Source: Blepharisma stoltei ATCC 30299
Taxonomy: Eukaryota; Protista; Ciliophora
Reading direction: 5' to 3'
Length of the DNA: 64,000 nucleotides
Assembly (NCBI GenBank): GCA_965603825.1
Contig: CBFDEM010000015.1
Coordinates: 62,001-126,000 of the forward strand
Positions within the stretch are counted from its first letter, which is position 1; the number at the start of each line of letters is the position of its first letter. The notes beneath the pieces were generated by a model that was not told the DNA's origin, did not search any database, and saw only the letters and a list, made by a program, of their open reading frames with translations. This document shows positions 11,701 through 24,675 of this stretch, piece by piece. The position numbers and the translations under genes were made by a program.

Positions 11701-12400
11701 AAACTCAGGGCTTGAAGAAGAAACCAAAGAGCCTATAAGAAGAAAAGATGAAATTATTAGCTTTGAAGGAAAAAGCATTGAGAGCGAAGAAGAAATCCAG
11801 CAAAACTGCAAAAAGGGTAGACCAGATCTTAAAAACTATAAGCTTCCAATTTATATTGGAATTGATGCTGATGCATGGTTTAGGCCTTTATTAATTCCAA
11901 TTGTGATTTCTTGCTTACGAGAATTTGCTGATGCTTATGAGCATGAGGACATTGTAAAAGACTTGCAAGAAATTCAAAATGCTGCCGTCCTTGAGTATTT
12001 TTCAGAAGTTTGGACAATTGTGGGTGGTTTGCATGTAACTACTTTTTTCTTAGGCGGGAATAATGAGCTTGAGATGTCAGAAGAATATAGAGAATTCGCA
12101 GAAAACAAAGAAATAAACTTTGTTCTAACACATATAGTATATGTTCCAGGACATATCATATGTGCTTCAGCTGACAAATTTAATCCTTACATAAAAATAG
12201 CGAATAAACACCCACACATGACTTTGTTGACTGGAAAATGGACTGCAAAATATAGCACTGACGTTTTGTCATCAATTCCCCTTGAGTCTGGAATAAATAG
12301 ATATCAGATTTCTCTCAAGCAAGGCCAATTAGAAGCATATTCAATATCATTATCTTCTAAAATAATGGTCCGAGGAATAGCCAAAACATTTTTTAATTAA
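8769..12400 (+). CDS. Trl1-like RNA ligase / polynucleotide kinase / 2H cyclic phosphodiesterase; catalytic substitutions and one frameshift (possibly a pseudogene)
   Basis: With TGA=Trp the first frame is open 8769-10631 and a second frame is open from about 10535 to 12400. Ligase motifs: RRGMQKIFE, TTQANG (I), SSKN (Ia), FIGEYVG (III), EGSV (IV), KIK (V). Kinase: P-loop GIPAMGKS, FLDKN, RxxxR...HETL. Phosphodiesterase: HVT (12032) and HMT (12215). Confidence 0.78.
9436..9513 (+). repeat. In-frame 42-nt tandem duplication (EEKYIE[N/S]KYMF x2)
   Basis: atgaagaaaaatatattgaaa.caaatatatgtttg occurs at 9436 and 9478. Confidence 0.9.
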
Positions 12401-12979
12401 TCATTTAATTTTAAAATTATTTAGCTTAGGAATAGAACGCTTTTATATCAATTCAGTAGATTTATAAAGTCGAAACTGCATCTTTATTTTTTGAATAAAT
12501 AAAAGGCATGAAGAAAAGAGCAATTTCTTTATTTAATCAATATCAAATGCAAATAGTCCTAGATCGGCTTTACCGTAGACAAGAGCCTTTTACATGAGAT
12601 TGAAAGTATCAGTTAAAGTGCCAATAAGGATGATCCAGAATATTGCTTTACCTACATGACCTGCATCTCAACAATTTTATTTCATTAATTACTAATATAT
12701 CATAATGCCTTCACTTTCAAGCACGTCTGAGTGGTGTACTCTGCTTCATATTAACTTTTTAAATTAAAATCCAACCACTTTAAAGACGGTTGACTGAGAA
12801 TTTCCCAATTTTCCAATCTCGAAAACATGAATTCATAGAAAATACGACAAAGAGCATTCAACTGGTACAGCTGTTAGCCCTCATCAATTTGAAAAATTTT
12901 CCTTTTTATCAAGCTAACTGCATCTCTCTCCCTTTACTCTCTGCCACTTACAGCTATTTATACCCTTCTATGCACAAAA

Positions 12980-13993
12980 CTATCTATTATTTCTTATTAT
13001 TGCCTTAATAAAAGGCATTATTTCAGAGTTATGGATCTGAAAACCCAAGAAATCTTCATAGCTCTTTGCTATTGAATCTCTCGGGAAATCTTCATAAATT
13101 TTTGGTAAGTCATACCCTATAGGTAGTCCCAAAAACTGCTGAAGATACTCTTTTGCTTTCAGAAGCGACACGGTCGACGCTACTTCTAGAGTAGCCCCTA
13201 ATCAATATTCGAAATGTTTTTCAAAACTCGCTGAATGCTCGCCTGTACAGATTTCCCTTTGTAATACTAAATAAATACACGCCGCGACTAGCTTTGGCTG
13301 TGAATGGTTTAAATGTGAAGAATCAAGGATGGCGCCGTCTAAAATCCCGATAACCTCTCTATACAGTCTATATGATTTTTTGTCAGCCCTTTTGAATCTT
13401 ATATCGAATTCCTTAATTGTGTGAACTACAAAATCGTCCCATTGGGCCATTAGTCAGTTGCACCAATGGTTTAATGTGGCTGGAAGGATTCGCCAGCCAA
13501 GGTTTTTGAGGATCCTTTTTTCCATTGAGTAAATTTCTTTTTGTGAAAAAGCGCCGACGTATAATACAAAATCGCTGATTGTGGGAGGATGGAGTTCTTC
13601 TAGTTTAGAAGAAATTATTAACGATGCGATTCCGAGTAGCTGGAATGTGCCTTTGGAAACTTTGAAATTAGAAAGGGTTTTATCGACAATGCTAAGAGCA
13701 ATCTGAAAAGTTTCCCGGTTCAATGAAAAATCATGAGCAGCTTTTATCATTCAATCAGCCAGCATAAGGCGCATTGACGGTGTTATCTCTGTTTGAATAG
13801 TTTCAAAATAAAAAGGATTAATTCCAAAAGATGCTTCTCTTTCTTGCAGTAATTTAAGAGTGTCTGTATCAGAAGGCTTAAATCCGGTGACAGAATCTTG
13901 AATATCAATCGTTTCTGAACAATATAAATCAAGATGGACTCTTTTGCGAGGTAGGCTCAAATCGATGTTTACATCAAGTTCAGCGAGACTCAT
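12980..13993 (-). CDS. Cyclin (A/E-like cyclin box), 337 aa
   Basis: Four track ORFs join via TGA. MRLMLAD-W-MIKAAHDFSLNRETFQIALSIVD...FQLLGIASLIISSKLEE...MEKRILKNLGW. Stop is TAG. Confidence 0.9.
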
Positions 13994-14808
13994 TTTTCTT
14001 TAAATGTGAAATTTATGAATTTCCCTCCAGATATGAAGAAAAAGGGATACTTTGGATATTTGAAAGGGATTTGAAGATTTGGAGGAATTGAGGCGGGGAA
14101 TTAGGATTTATCGAAAATGTGTGGCTTTAAGTGGTTTTGGATAAGATTTGTGAATTTTTTGAAGAGAAAAAGCTGGGAAATAGCTTTCATAAAAAGTGTC
14201 ATGCTATGAAATCGTATAGGATTGAAGAGTTAAGGACTTAATCTTTGTGCAGGTTATAAGGTTATAGTGAGAAAAATTATTAGTTGATAGCCTATTCGCT
14301 AAGTAGTTAATCAAAAGGAGATAATCTGTCAGATTTTTTCATATATTAATATATATTCAATGCATATTTTCTGCTTCTTAATAGAAATAGCCTAAGATTA
14401 TTATCGAATTGCTTGTATTTAACTTATTTAAAGCCACTCGCCCCAAAATTTTATTTCTGATAATACGCAAACTTAGTTGAGAGTTTAAGCTCGATTTTCT
14501 CTTGATGCACATATATATCCTCAACCATATGCTAAAAGCTTTAATTACTCTTATCAAAAGACTTGAAACTCCTTCGCATGAGCCTAATAAATACCCTAAT
14601 TTTTATAATTTTTCGCTTTTCATAAATGCCAACTGCATAAAGCTAATTTCTTGCGAATTTTATAAAAATTTTTTGCTTATATACATTTCCGATACTTTCC
14701 TTGTAGAAAATAAAGACAATTTGTGAAAATTAGCTTTCCATATATATTTATTAGAAATCTGACACAAGATTTTTTCACACTAAGCTGATAGAAATTAAAA
14801 CAACATAC

Positions 14809-14988
14809 TTATCGTATTATTTCTTTTTTGGTGCTTGTTTCGCTTTCGTAAAAGCTAGGCAAAGGAAGAGCTGAAGGGTCTGGGGACTGCAACCATTTTG
14901 AATTAAAGAAGCAGTTGCGTTTATCATTTTCGCTTTCACTTGTAGAGGCTGACCAAGTCCCACTGCGTCGTATTTGATTCTTGAACAT
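14809..14988 (-). CDS. 59-aa microprotein with a PNRC/Edc1-like motif
   Basis: MFKNQIRRSGTWSASTSESENDKRNCFFNSKWLQSPDPSALPLPSFYESETSTKKEIIR*. It forms a GC-richer island in a very AT-rich intergenic region. Confidence 0.7.
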   Translation of the reverse strand: MFKNQIRRSGTWSASTSESENDKRNCFFNSKWLQSPDPSALPLPSFYESETSTKKEIIR

Positions 14989-15840
14989 TTAATCACCTTT
15001 CTCTAGCTTAATTTTTATATTATGATTTAATCCATTAAAATTTATAAAAGCTTATAATATTAAAATTCTTATTCATAATTTACATAAAAGAAAGGTTAAA
15101 CTAAACAGCAAACTGAAAATATCAAATCAGAAATAAAGAAATAAATTTACATAATTTCTCTAGAATAAGGCTTTTTGAGTCTGACTGAATTTTATTTATT
15201 GGTTTAAGTTAAAAATTAAAATAAATTAAGGAAAAAAAGTATTGCAATAAAAATTTATTTTCAATAAGTTACCAATATAAAGGTTGTGATATCAGATCAT
15301 TTAAAAATTATTTTGGTCGAATCAAAAGTTCCTTTTAATTTATTGATTTTTATATCAAAAACTTAAACAAAAATGACAATAAAATTTTAAGAGCAATAAC
15401 TGCTAGAGTATAAAGATAAATAAATTAAGCTGTTTATAATAAATACACCAAATGTATCATTATTTAAGCATTTAAATTTTTAGCAAATATTAATAATATA
15501 AACTTTTCTTTATCCTTTAATAGAAGCTTAATTTCTATATATTTAAAATTCCTTATGCGCCTAAGATTAATTTTTAGAATCTTAAATTTATAAATAAAAA
15601 AATGTTGGGTTGCCTAAATGTAGATAAAGTTTTGTTTAACAATTGCATAATCTTTTTTAAAATAAAAATGAATAAAGTCCGCTGAAAAATTTTATGGCTT
15701 AATTTCCAATCAATTTTTAAGTGTAAATTCTAAATAAAAATTGAATTATTTTAAATTGGGGTTTTAAAAAGGATTCGTTTCATGCATCCATTTTCTGATA
15801 CGCAAATTTTTGAGATACTAATTAAGCTAATAATCTTCAT

Positions 15841-18800
15841 ATGAAGAAATTCTTGATATGCTCAATAGTTATGAACTTTGTGTTAGCTATCGACGTCACC
15901 ATTATTACTTCCCAATTTACTCTACCCTTTTTACAGTCATATACGTTTATAAGCCCCTATAATTCAGTCAGCTTAAATTGTTACAATGTAAGCTCTTCAT
16001 CAGACTTGGCTGAATATTTAAGCTTTTTACAAGATCAGGCAATTTTAGACTTCACAAACTCGTTGATTTTTTCTGAAATTATTTCTTATTTTTCAGAAAA
16101 GCAAAATCTACTGCATGTCGAACTAAATGCTTTTTATTCGTTATCAGCGAAAAACTCATTTTCTTTAGCTATTCCAATACAAAATGAAATCTTATCAACT
16201 TATCAGCTTTTAAAGAGCTTAAATTTATACTACTATGGGATAATTTATTTGCAAGAATATAATGACCAATATGTAGACCTTATAGATTCTGCAACTGTCG
16301 CACTGATTCTACCCCACAAATATTCAGATGATTATTTAAAAATCCTGTTAAACAGATATATAAGATACTCATCAGTAAATACAATAATTCTTCTTTTACC
16401 AGGAAAACTATCAGCTCAAATTTTACAAGTGGCAGGTACTGATTTTGAAGACTTAGGCTTTGTTTGGATTTTAATGCCTATTGCAGACTATTTACAATAC
16501 TCAGAATCTACTTCTCTTGAAGATAATGGCCCAATACTTATGTATTCATCATTAACTTCTCTAGAATCTAAGCTAAGCCTTTTTTATGAAATTTTAAATA
16601 TCTGCTCTGAAAGAAGCATTGGTTTAATCAAATGTTTTGAAGAATCGCTTGATTTCGATGAAAATCACGATTTATTAGCAAATTATGATATTTTAAATAC
16701 ACAAAATTCTACATATATAAATGTAGGGAGCGCCACAATAAACTCTTGCACAATAACTGATGCCTTAAAGTGGTCACATGGCTCAAAACTCGAAAAAACA
16801 ATTACAATTTCTCAAGACGCAGGGCTTTATTCAGCAGCAGGTGCCTATTTATCATTTTTAGTACCATCTTATAATGGAAATGAGCTAGGTGTAAACTATG
16901 TCAATAACAATTCCACAATCTTGAAGGGGTTCAAGCTAAAGCGAAATTCCTATAACTTTGGCAGCTTATATTACAATAAAACATTCATGGATGCAGAATT
17001 CGAGAGGTCTAAATCTCAATTAAAAACTCTTATGATTGCTCCAGCTTTGTCGGATGTCGCTATACATTTATATCAGACTATGCAAGATAATTCACTTATT
17101 TTGCCAATGATTGGGTATTCCACTACAGTAGATAAATTATCTTCACCTATTACTTTTCCTATGTTTTCTCGAGTTAATATGGCTTCAGGCTATATAGGAT
17201 ACGTATTAGGAATTATTTTAAAATATTTCGGCTGGTCCAAAGTCGGTGTTTTATACTTAAATAACGTATTTGCCCAAAACGTTTTCAGTGCTTTTAAAAC
17301 TCAATGCGAGCAGGTCAATCTCCAAATCACTAATGAAGGCAATGAAATGTTGCCTGACAATTCTCCATCCTGGACATATGAAGAAATTGACCCAGTTTTG
17401 TCATATCTTGGGAAAAGTGATGCAAGGATTATTTTGATGATTTGTTATACACAAGACGCTACAAGCATATTGACAAGAATGTGGGAACTGGGGTATCATG
17501 GGGATAATAGAGTTTATATAGCAGTTGGGTGACTTGCAAGCAGTATGGTCATGCAAGATAAATCATCAGCGTCTTATAATGAGACACAATTGCATATATT
17601 GAGAGAGTCATTGAGAGGAGCGTTAATGTTTTTCCCAGTTTCCTATGCTGGTGCATTTGGGCAGAAAGTTTATAATGATTATTTGTATAATTATAAAAGT
17701 GATCCAATTGGATATACAGGTTTTGCATTTGATTCTATTCTTGCCTCTGCTTATGCTATAGAGCAGGTAATTGCTCAAGGAAAAGACTATAACAACCCCT
17801 CCATTTTAATGAGCGCTATAAGAAATATTCGGTTCACTGGAGCTACAGGGCTGGTAAAAATTGAGCAAAATACCAATGACAGGGCAACAATGGACCATTC
17901 CATCTACAACTGCCAAGAAATCTCCCCAGATTCCTGAGAAATAAAAATTGTTGGCGTTTATTCCCCAACGGGCTCACAAGTTTTCACCTATTACGAAAGC
18001 ATCATATGGCCAGATGGGACAATAAACACTCCACCAGACAGTCCCAAGCCTAGAAGCTGCCCATTTGATAATTCTCAGGTAAAATCTTCAATAACCGGAC
18101 ATATAATGGTTTGCCTTATAGGAACAATCATTTTACTTGTAGCGGTGCTTTCTAGCTTGTTTACATGGAAATACTGGAAAAGCGTAATATACTCAGAAAT
18201 TGATAAAAGAACAGAAATGACGTTTTATGACATGATGGCTATAAGTAGGATTTTAATAGAATTTTTCCAATTAGTAGGAATTGCCCCTGAAATTCCTGCG
18301 ATTTTTCATGTGATAAAATTTGTAGGAAATGCTCTTTCTCTCAATTTAGACAAAATGTATAGGATAGATAGGACGTATTTTTGGATTTCTATACAGGCAG
18401 TTTTTGCAGCAATTGGGATGGCGTTTGTAATAAGAATAGCCTACATAGTAAAAATACATGTGCCTTTTTTAAAAGTTATTATGTCAATTATATGGGATTT
18501 ATTTTACGTTGCTATTTTATCAACACTTATGAATATTTTTGTATGCAAAAATGGAATAGGCAAAGAACTAGACGAAACTTATCTTTATTTTGACTGCTAT
18601 ACAACTTGTTGGGGAGGGAAACATTTAGTTTATGCAGTTATTGCCTTTACTATTTCGGTCATTTATGTGTTATTAGCAGTTATAGAAAGGCCAAGATGGC
18701 AGACTTCAAATTCAAATGAACAAAATGTCCAGCTGCTTCCAAGCTTTTTGACGGTAAAATCACTGGTGTTTACATTGCTAATTGTGGTTAAAAAAATGGT

Positions 18801-19275
18801 GAATACTGATATACCTGAGCTTTATCTAGCATTTTTTCTATTTATATGTATCTGCTACCTTGTGATAATTATATATGAAAAGCCTTATAATTTGAAAATT
18901 TTAAATCTTTGGTATATGCTAAGTATGATGGCTCTTTGTTGGCTGAATTTTATAGGAATACTTTATTATATTATGGCTGAAGAAAATATAGCTCTATGGC
19001 TATCTTTAGTTGCAGTTGGGTGGAGTTGTGTATGCTGCGGAGGACTGGCTTATCAAAAATCAAAAAAACTGTATTGGCCTTTTAATAGTGGATTTGGAAA
19101 AAATACAAACTTATTTAAATTTGCCTTTAAGAATAGTAGTATTATGGATGCCAAAAAGATTAAGCATCAGTTACGAATTTTAAAGCTTGAGAACTCTCCA
19201 ACTCTTAATGAAATTACTTTTGGAAACAGAAAAGATATAGCAGAAAAAACACCAAAAATATCTGTAGCCAATTAA
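15841..19275 (+). CDS. Receptor-like protein: signal peptide, ANF-receptor/Venus-flytrap ligand-binding domain, multi-pass TM region (1144 aa)
   Basis: Joined via TGA at 17530 and 17935. LSSPITFPMFSRV, LKYFGWSKVGVLY, FAFDSILASAYAI, FTGATGLVKI are type-I periplasmic-binding-fold motifs. About 8 hydrophobic segments follow. Confidence 0.82.
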
Positions 19276-19385
19276 TTAATTAAATAAATAAATGATCAAT
19301 ATTTTAAATATTTACACTGAACTTTGGCATAGCGAGAAATTTAATCGTAATAATATTTTAAAATATGAATTTAAATTATTAATAA

Positions 19386-20901
19386 CTAAACATTCTTAAT
19401 TTCATAGAGCCTCTTTTCATCTAAATAAAACTTATATATGCTCATTGTGTGATCTTCCATAGTAGAATAATATACTGAATTTTCACAATTAGCATTAACT
19501 CCTTTTGAGAAATAATCTGTTTGATACATGCTAATTTTATTTCAAATATACTCATTATCAGCCCCGCTTTCGAAAATTCCATACTCATTATCAATTAGAT
19601 AAGCTTTTCTATCGCCGATACACAGCATTTTAAGAGAAAAATGACATGTTTCATTTAATAGAAGCTCTGAGTAACTTTCTATTGTAATATCAAATTTATA
19701 TAATCCAGGACCATTTTTTGCACAAAATAAAATTGAATTGTGATATATAGTGCTGCAAAAATTGTATGATGCATATATAGGAGGTTTGGAAAACTTCACA
19801 ATCCTATATGAAATTAGATCATATTTTACAAAAAGATCGAAGGAAATGTAGAAGTTGTCGAGCTGAACATATAAACACAATTTTCATAGTATAATAATGA
19901 GAATTTATTGCCTCCGCTACATATTGGTAATGTTTTACTTATACTCATAGTTTTTAGATCAATTATGCATGCATGATTATCCCGGAGTAAGCAAAATAAT
20001 TTGCAATTGGGAATCTCAATTGCATGCTCATATACTTCAAATCGTACAGTATCAGGTAGATCAAACTCTGATTTTTTTCAACTCTCTGCGCCAAAGATCT
20101 CAAGGATATAATTATCGATTCAAGAATAACCTCTATCTGATAATAAATAATTAGAAATTGGCCTGACTCTGAAAAAATGTTTGGATTCAAAATCGCTTCG
20201 AATTAATTCAGAAACTTGACTCAGTCCATTTCTGAGGTTTACAATTTTTGCGTCTCCTTTGTTTTCATAATGAAAAATCCAATTTTTCGCATCCTCTATT
20301 TTTCTATCAAATTCAGTTTTTAATTCTTTAAAATTGTTTCTGGGCTTGCGAATAACTTTTCAAGCCAATGACTCTTAACTTCGCTTTCTAATAGTAAAAC
20401 TTCTTTTAATTTTTCAAGGAATTTAATTTCCATTTCAGCGTTGTCTGTAATGATCATGATCTCTAATAGTGATAAAGAAAAATTATCTATTGAAGCAGAA
20501 TATTTTACATTAGTTTTAAGCTGATTCAAAACTGTGTTGAGCTCGGCAATTTTAGATAGCCCATATTTTATCAATCCTGCAAAATAGCTTGAACGATGGT
20601 CTGCTGAGAAGAAATTTATTTTTATATTTTGGAGAGCCAATATATTTGTGTGGACTTGAGAAAGAATTGCTTCAACTACTGGATTTGGTTTATTATTGAA
20701 AACTTCTAAAGTATCCTCAGGAAATTTATTGCCTTCAATTGGATTGTTAGGGTCAGGGATTTCTTCAATAGAATACTCATTATCTGGGAAATGCATATGC
20801 TTTGCATCATGATCTTCGCAAAATCCTTGACTCCATATGCATTTGCACTTATTTTTGGCTGGTTTGCTGCAAAAAGGTCGAAAGCAAAATTCATTAATCA
20901 T
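19386..20901 (-). pseudogene. ZnF-coiled coil-Kelch-like family copy A, two frameshifts
   Basis: N-terminal CFRPFC..CKC..CEDH..H and C-terminal LYKFD..ESYSE..GIFES..NEYIW. Frame changes near 20330 and 19830, both in T-runs. Confidence 0.65.
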
Positions 20902-21311
20902 TTTAAAATTATAGAAGGCTCATAAAATTGATTTTAATCTATATTTAAATAGATAATATTTTTCTCAATATAGATCTTGCAGCTAAAAATAGATAAAATC
21001 AAGCAAAAAACGTCTGTATTGTGAATTCTAGTAATAAAATGGCATTTATACTACCAAAAAAGTGCTTTTTAATAATTTTATTAAATGTGAAATTTTTTAA
21101 ATTTACAGAGACCATGTTGACTTCATATTTCGCAGCTCTTACTTTTTGAATTTTGGGATTCAGAAAAGTGGTAGAATATCTATCATTAATTAATAATTTA
21201 GGATTAAAAATATCGTAACTCAAGTTGTGATTGCTTAATAAGTATTGCTTTTATATATTTTCTTACTTTAATTATGTTTAGAAGCCCAAAAGATCATATA
21301 TTAACTTATAT

Positions 21312-22808
21312 TTAGTAAATTGCCAACCTTCTATAATGAAAATCTTGTATATAATTTTTAGTACTTTCCCTATAAAGCTGCTTATTGCAAAGATCAAATT
21401 TATATATATCCATCGAGTCTTCATTATCTATTAAATAAAAATATACCGAATTAGCAATACTTTGATCAATTTCTTCTATATAAAATATATTGATATTTTC
21501 ACTAATTCTATTCCAGACATACTCATTATCAATTCCACTTTCGAAAATTCCTTTCCTATCGTCATATATATAAGCCCTCATATTTCCAGTAAAAATTCTT
21601 TTTCGAGATAATGAATCCATTCCGTTAAATAAAATTTCTGAATAACTTTGAATTAAAAAATCAAATTTAAATAATCTCAAGCTTAACTCAGCGCAAAATA
21701 AAATTGAATTTTTATACACACAGCAGGAAAAATCAGAGGATTCTTGGATACAATGCTTTGGCAGTGTTGTTTTTAGATTTTTAATTAAATCATATTTTTC
21801 GAAAATTTTCGTTGTTCCAAAAGCGTAAACACAATTATCATAATATATTAGTGGGTAATAGCGGGAGCCTCTGTAACGAGGAAACATTCTTATAACTTTT
21901 AAAGTTTTTAGATTAATTTTGCATGCAAGATTGTAATTCCATAGACAAAAAATTTCATTATTAGGGAGCGCGACTACCTGAGCTTCTTTTACGAAATTAT
22001 TTCTATACAATGTAAAATAAATTATACATTCTCTTTGGGTCTCTGGAGAATATATAAGAAGATTATTATTTTTGATTTGGAAAAAATATTTTGCCTCGAA
22101 ATTGGTTTTAGTTAGTTCAGAAATTAAGCTCAGCTTATTAAGAAGACTTACGATTTTTTCATTTTCTGAGGACTTAAAAGTGTTTTTGTTGTTTTTGCGA
22201 TTTAAACATCATTTTTTAAAATCTTTTATTTTTCCCTTAAAGTTAGATTTTAAATTTTCAATTTCAGTATTTTTTCTAAATTTTTTGAGCCATTCGTTCC
22301 TAAAATCATTTTCTAATAACGAAATTTCATTTAATTTTCATAAAAATTCTATTTCATTTTCAGCATTTTCTATAAGTAGCATAATTTCCATTAAGGATAA
22401 AGGAAGTTCGTCAATTGACATAGCATTTTCTATGCCAGTTTTAATTATATCAAAAACTTCATTGTATTCCTGAATTGAATTCAGCCATTTTTTAAGCAAC
22501 TTACCACAATAGCTATTCTCTAAATTCCTATTTGATAATTCAGTTTTTAATATATTGATTATAGATATTTGCTCATATATTTTGTCAAGAGTAGCATCCA
22601 TAATAGGGTTTGATATTTTATGGACTTCTTCAAAACTATCTCCCAGAGCTACTTCAATATTTAAGTTCTCAAGGATTTTCTCAACTGGGCGCTCATTATT
22701 TGATGAAGTCACGTGAGCTCCAAGGTGTAAGTCATGAGAAATGTAGTAATTGCACTGGGACTCTGCTGGTTTATTGCAAAGCGGTTGAAAGCCAAATTGG
22801 TCCGCCAT
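21312..22808 (-). CDS. ZnF-coiled coil-Kelch-like family copy B (498 aa; ZnF degenerate)
   Basis: Single open frame with TGA=Trp. I read the gap between the track ORFs and found no TAA/TAG. Confidence 0.78.
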
Positions 22809-22943
22809 TTACAATTCTATAAATTATAATTATTACTGGCTTAGCCATTTCTTATAAATATAAGATAATTTTATTAGTTCGATAAAAACTAAACTAATAA
22901 GTATATAAGATCTTTTATCCCTTAATGATATTCCAATATTAGC

Positions 22944-24284
22944 TTATTCAGATAAAATACAGATTGGATATTCCAGCCTGTCAAAGCTACGAAAATAATC
23001 AAGAACTATCTGATGAATTTCCTTCTTGAGCAGACTAAATCTATATATCTGCACCGAATCACATTCTAATGAGGACAAATATATCAAATATTTATCAGTA
23101 AAAGAAGATCTATTATATTCGCCAATTTTATTTCAAACATACTCATTATTTTCCCCACTTTCAAAAATTCCAATTTTAGAATCAGCTATATAAGCCTTCA
23201 TATTCCCAGTAAATAGCATTTTGGAACTAAGCTTATCCATTTTAGCTAATGGAATTTCCGAATAATCTTCTATTAAGGGATCAAATTTATATAATGCTCG
23301 ACACTCTTTTGCACAAAATAAAATTGAGTCTTGATATATAGTGCAGGAATAATTAGATAAGGCATTTACAGGAGGAGTAGGCATAATTGATTTTTTGTCG
23401 CATTTTAAATCATATTTTTCCAAATAATAGGAAGAAGAGTTTGCACTGAATATGTAAACATAATCTTTATAATAAATGAGTGCTGAATGTTTTACTCCTT
23501 TAGAATGAGGTAATATTTTGGTGATTTTCATAGATTTTAGGTCCATTTTGTATACACTACTGCTATTCCATATACAAAAAATCTCAGAATTTTCACTTTT
23601 ACAGTCATGATGCAAATTCAATTTTTCTAATTCTTTTTCAGTAACTCAATTTTCCCACTTCACATCTAAATCTATATTGCGATAATAAAAATTTTCTTTA
23701 ATATTCCTAGAAATTAACTGATAAGTTAGCTTTATTCCATAGTTAAAGCTATCAAGTTTTGCATTTTCTATAGGCAGCAATAGACTTCTATTGGCTGTCT
23801 GCCTTTTCCCTCAAAATTCTAATTCTTTTAATTTACTAATAAATTGAGATTTAAAGTCATCTTGATTTTCTGAAATTTTTATATAAAAAAGATTTTTGAC
23901 TTGAATCTCAAACAATAATGCTTCGTTTGCTTTTTCAAGTAATTCTATTTCTTTTTCAACGTTCTCTAGAACTGTCATTATTTCACATAGTGGCAAAGGT
24001 AGCTCATCAATTGGAGTATCTTTTCTACAAATTTTAATAAAATCAAGTATTTCTTCGAATTCTTGAATTGACTTTAAGCATTTTTCAAGAAAATTTCAAA
24101 AATAGCTTAACGAGTTATTTTTTTGCAATTCTATTTTTAATTTTTCGATTTTGGATATTTTTTCATCGACTTCTACAAGAATATCCACAACTATATTCTT
24201 GTGTATTTCAGGAGCAGACTTCAGAGAGCATTCATTGGTGGCTTTGCAATTTTCTTGCGTAACCTTGTCCTCCCTATCAAGCAT
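22944..24284 (-). CDS. Family copy C (446 aa; coiled coil + Kelch-like, no attached ZnF)
   Basis: Single frame via TGA codons, ending in TAA at 22944. Confidence 0.7.
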
Positions 24285-24422
24285 ACTCTCTTGTGAAATT
24301 ACTTTAAAGCAAAAAATAATAATTACTTTGTATATAAAGGAAGAATTTTAATATCTTAAAGAAGAATATTCTATTGGCATGAGAAAGGTGCAGATGCCAA
24401 GAAAATTATCACTTAAAAAATA

Positions 24423-24477
24423 TATACAGCTTTCCTGGTGATGGCGCGCAATGCGCCATCACCAGGAAAGCTGTATA
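24423..24477. repeat. Perfect 25-bp inverted repeat with a 5-nt loop
   Basis: tatacagctttcctggtgatggcgc-gcaat-gcgccatcaccaggaaagctgtata. Confidence 0.97.
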
Positions 24478-24510
24478 GTCATTATGCTTTAAATAAAAAC
24501 CATTGATTAA

Positions 24511-24675
24511 TTATCGAGGGGAGATAGTAATTTTTTCAACAGGATGCTGACAGTTTGATGAGCACAAATGAGCTGTCAAGTGAGAGATGCATCACAATGA
24601 TTGAGGGACTAAGCAATAGCACTGAAATTCTGCTTGCTCCTCACAAAAAGGTTCAAAGCAAATCAAATCTCCCAT
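24511..24675 (-). CDS. Stand-alone family Zn-finger module (54 aa), or the detached N-terminus of copy C
   Basis: MGDLICFEPFCEEQAEFQCYCLVPQSLWCISHLTAHLCSSNCQHPVEKITISPR*; pattern C-x4-C-x7-C-x-C-x7-C-x2-H-x3-H. Confidence 0.55.
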
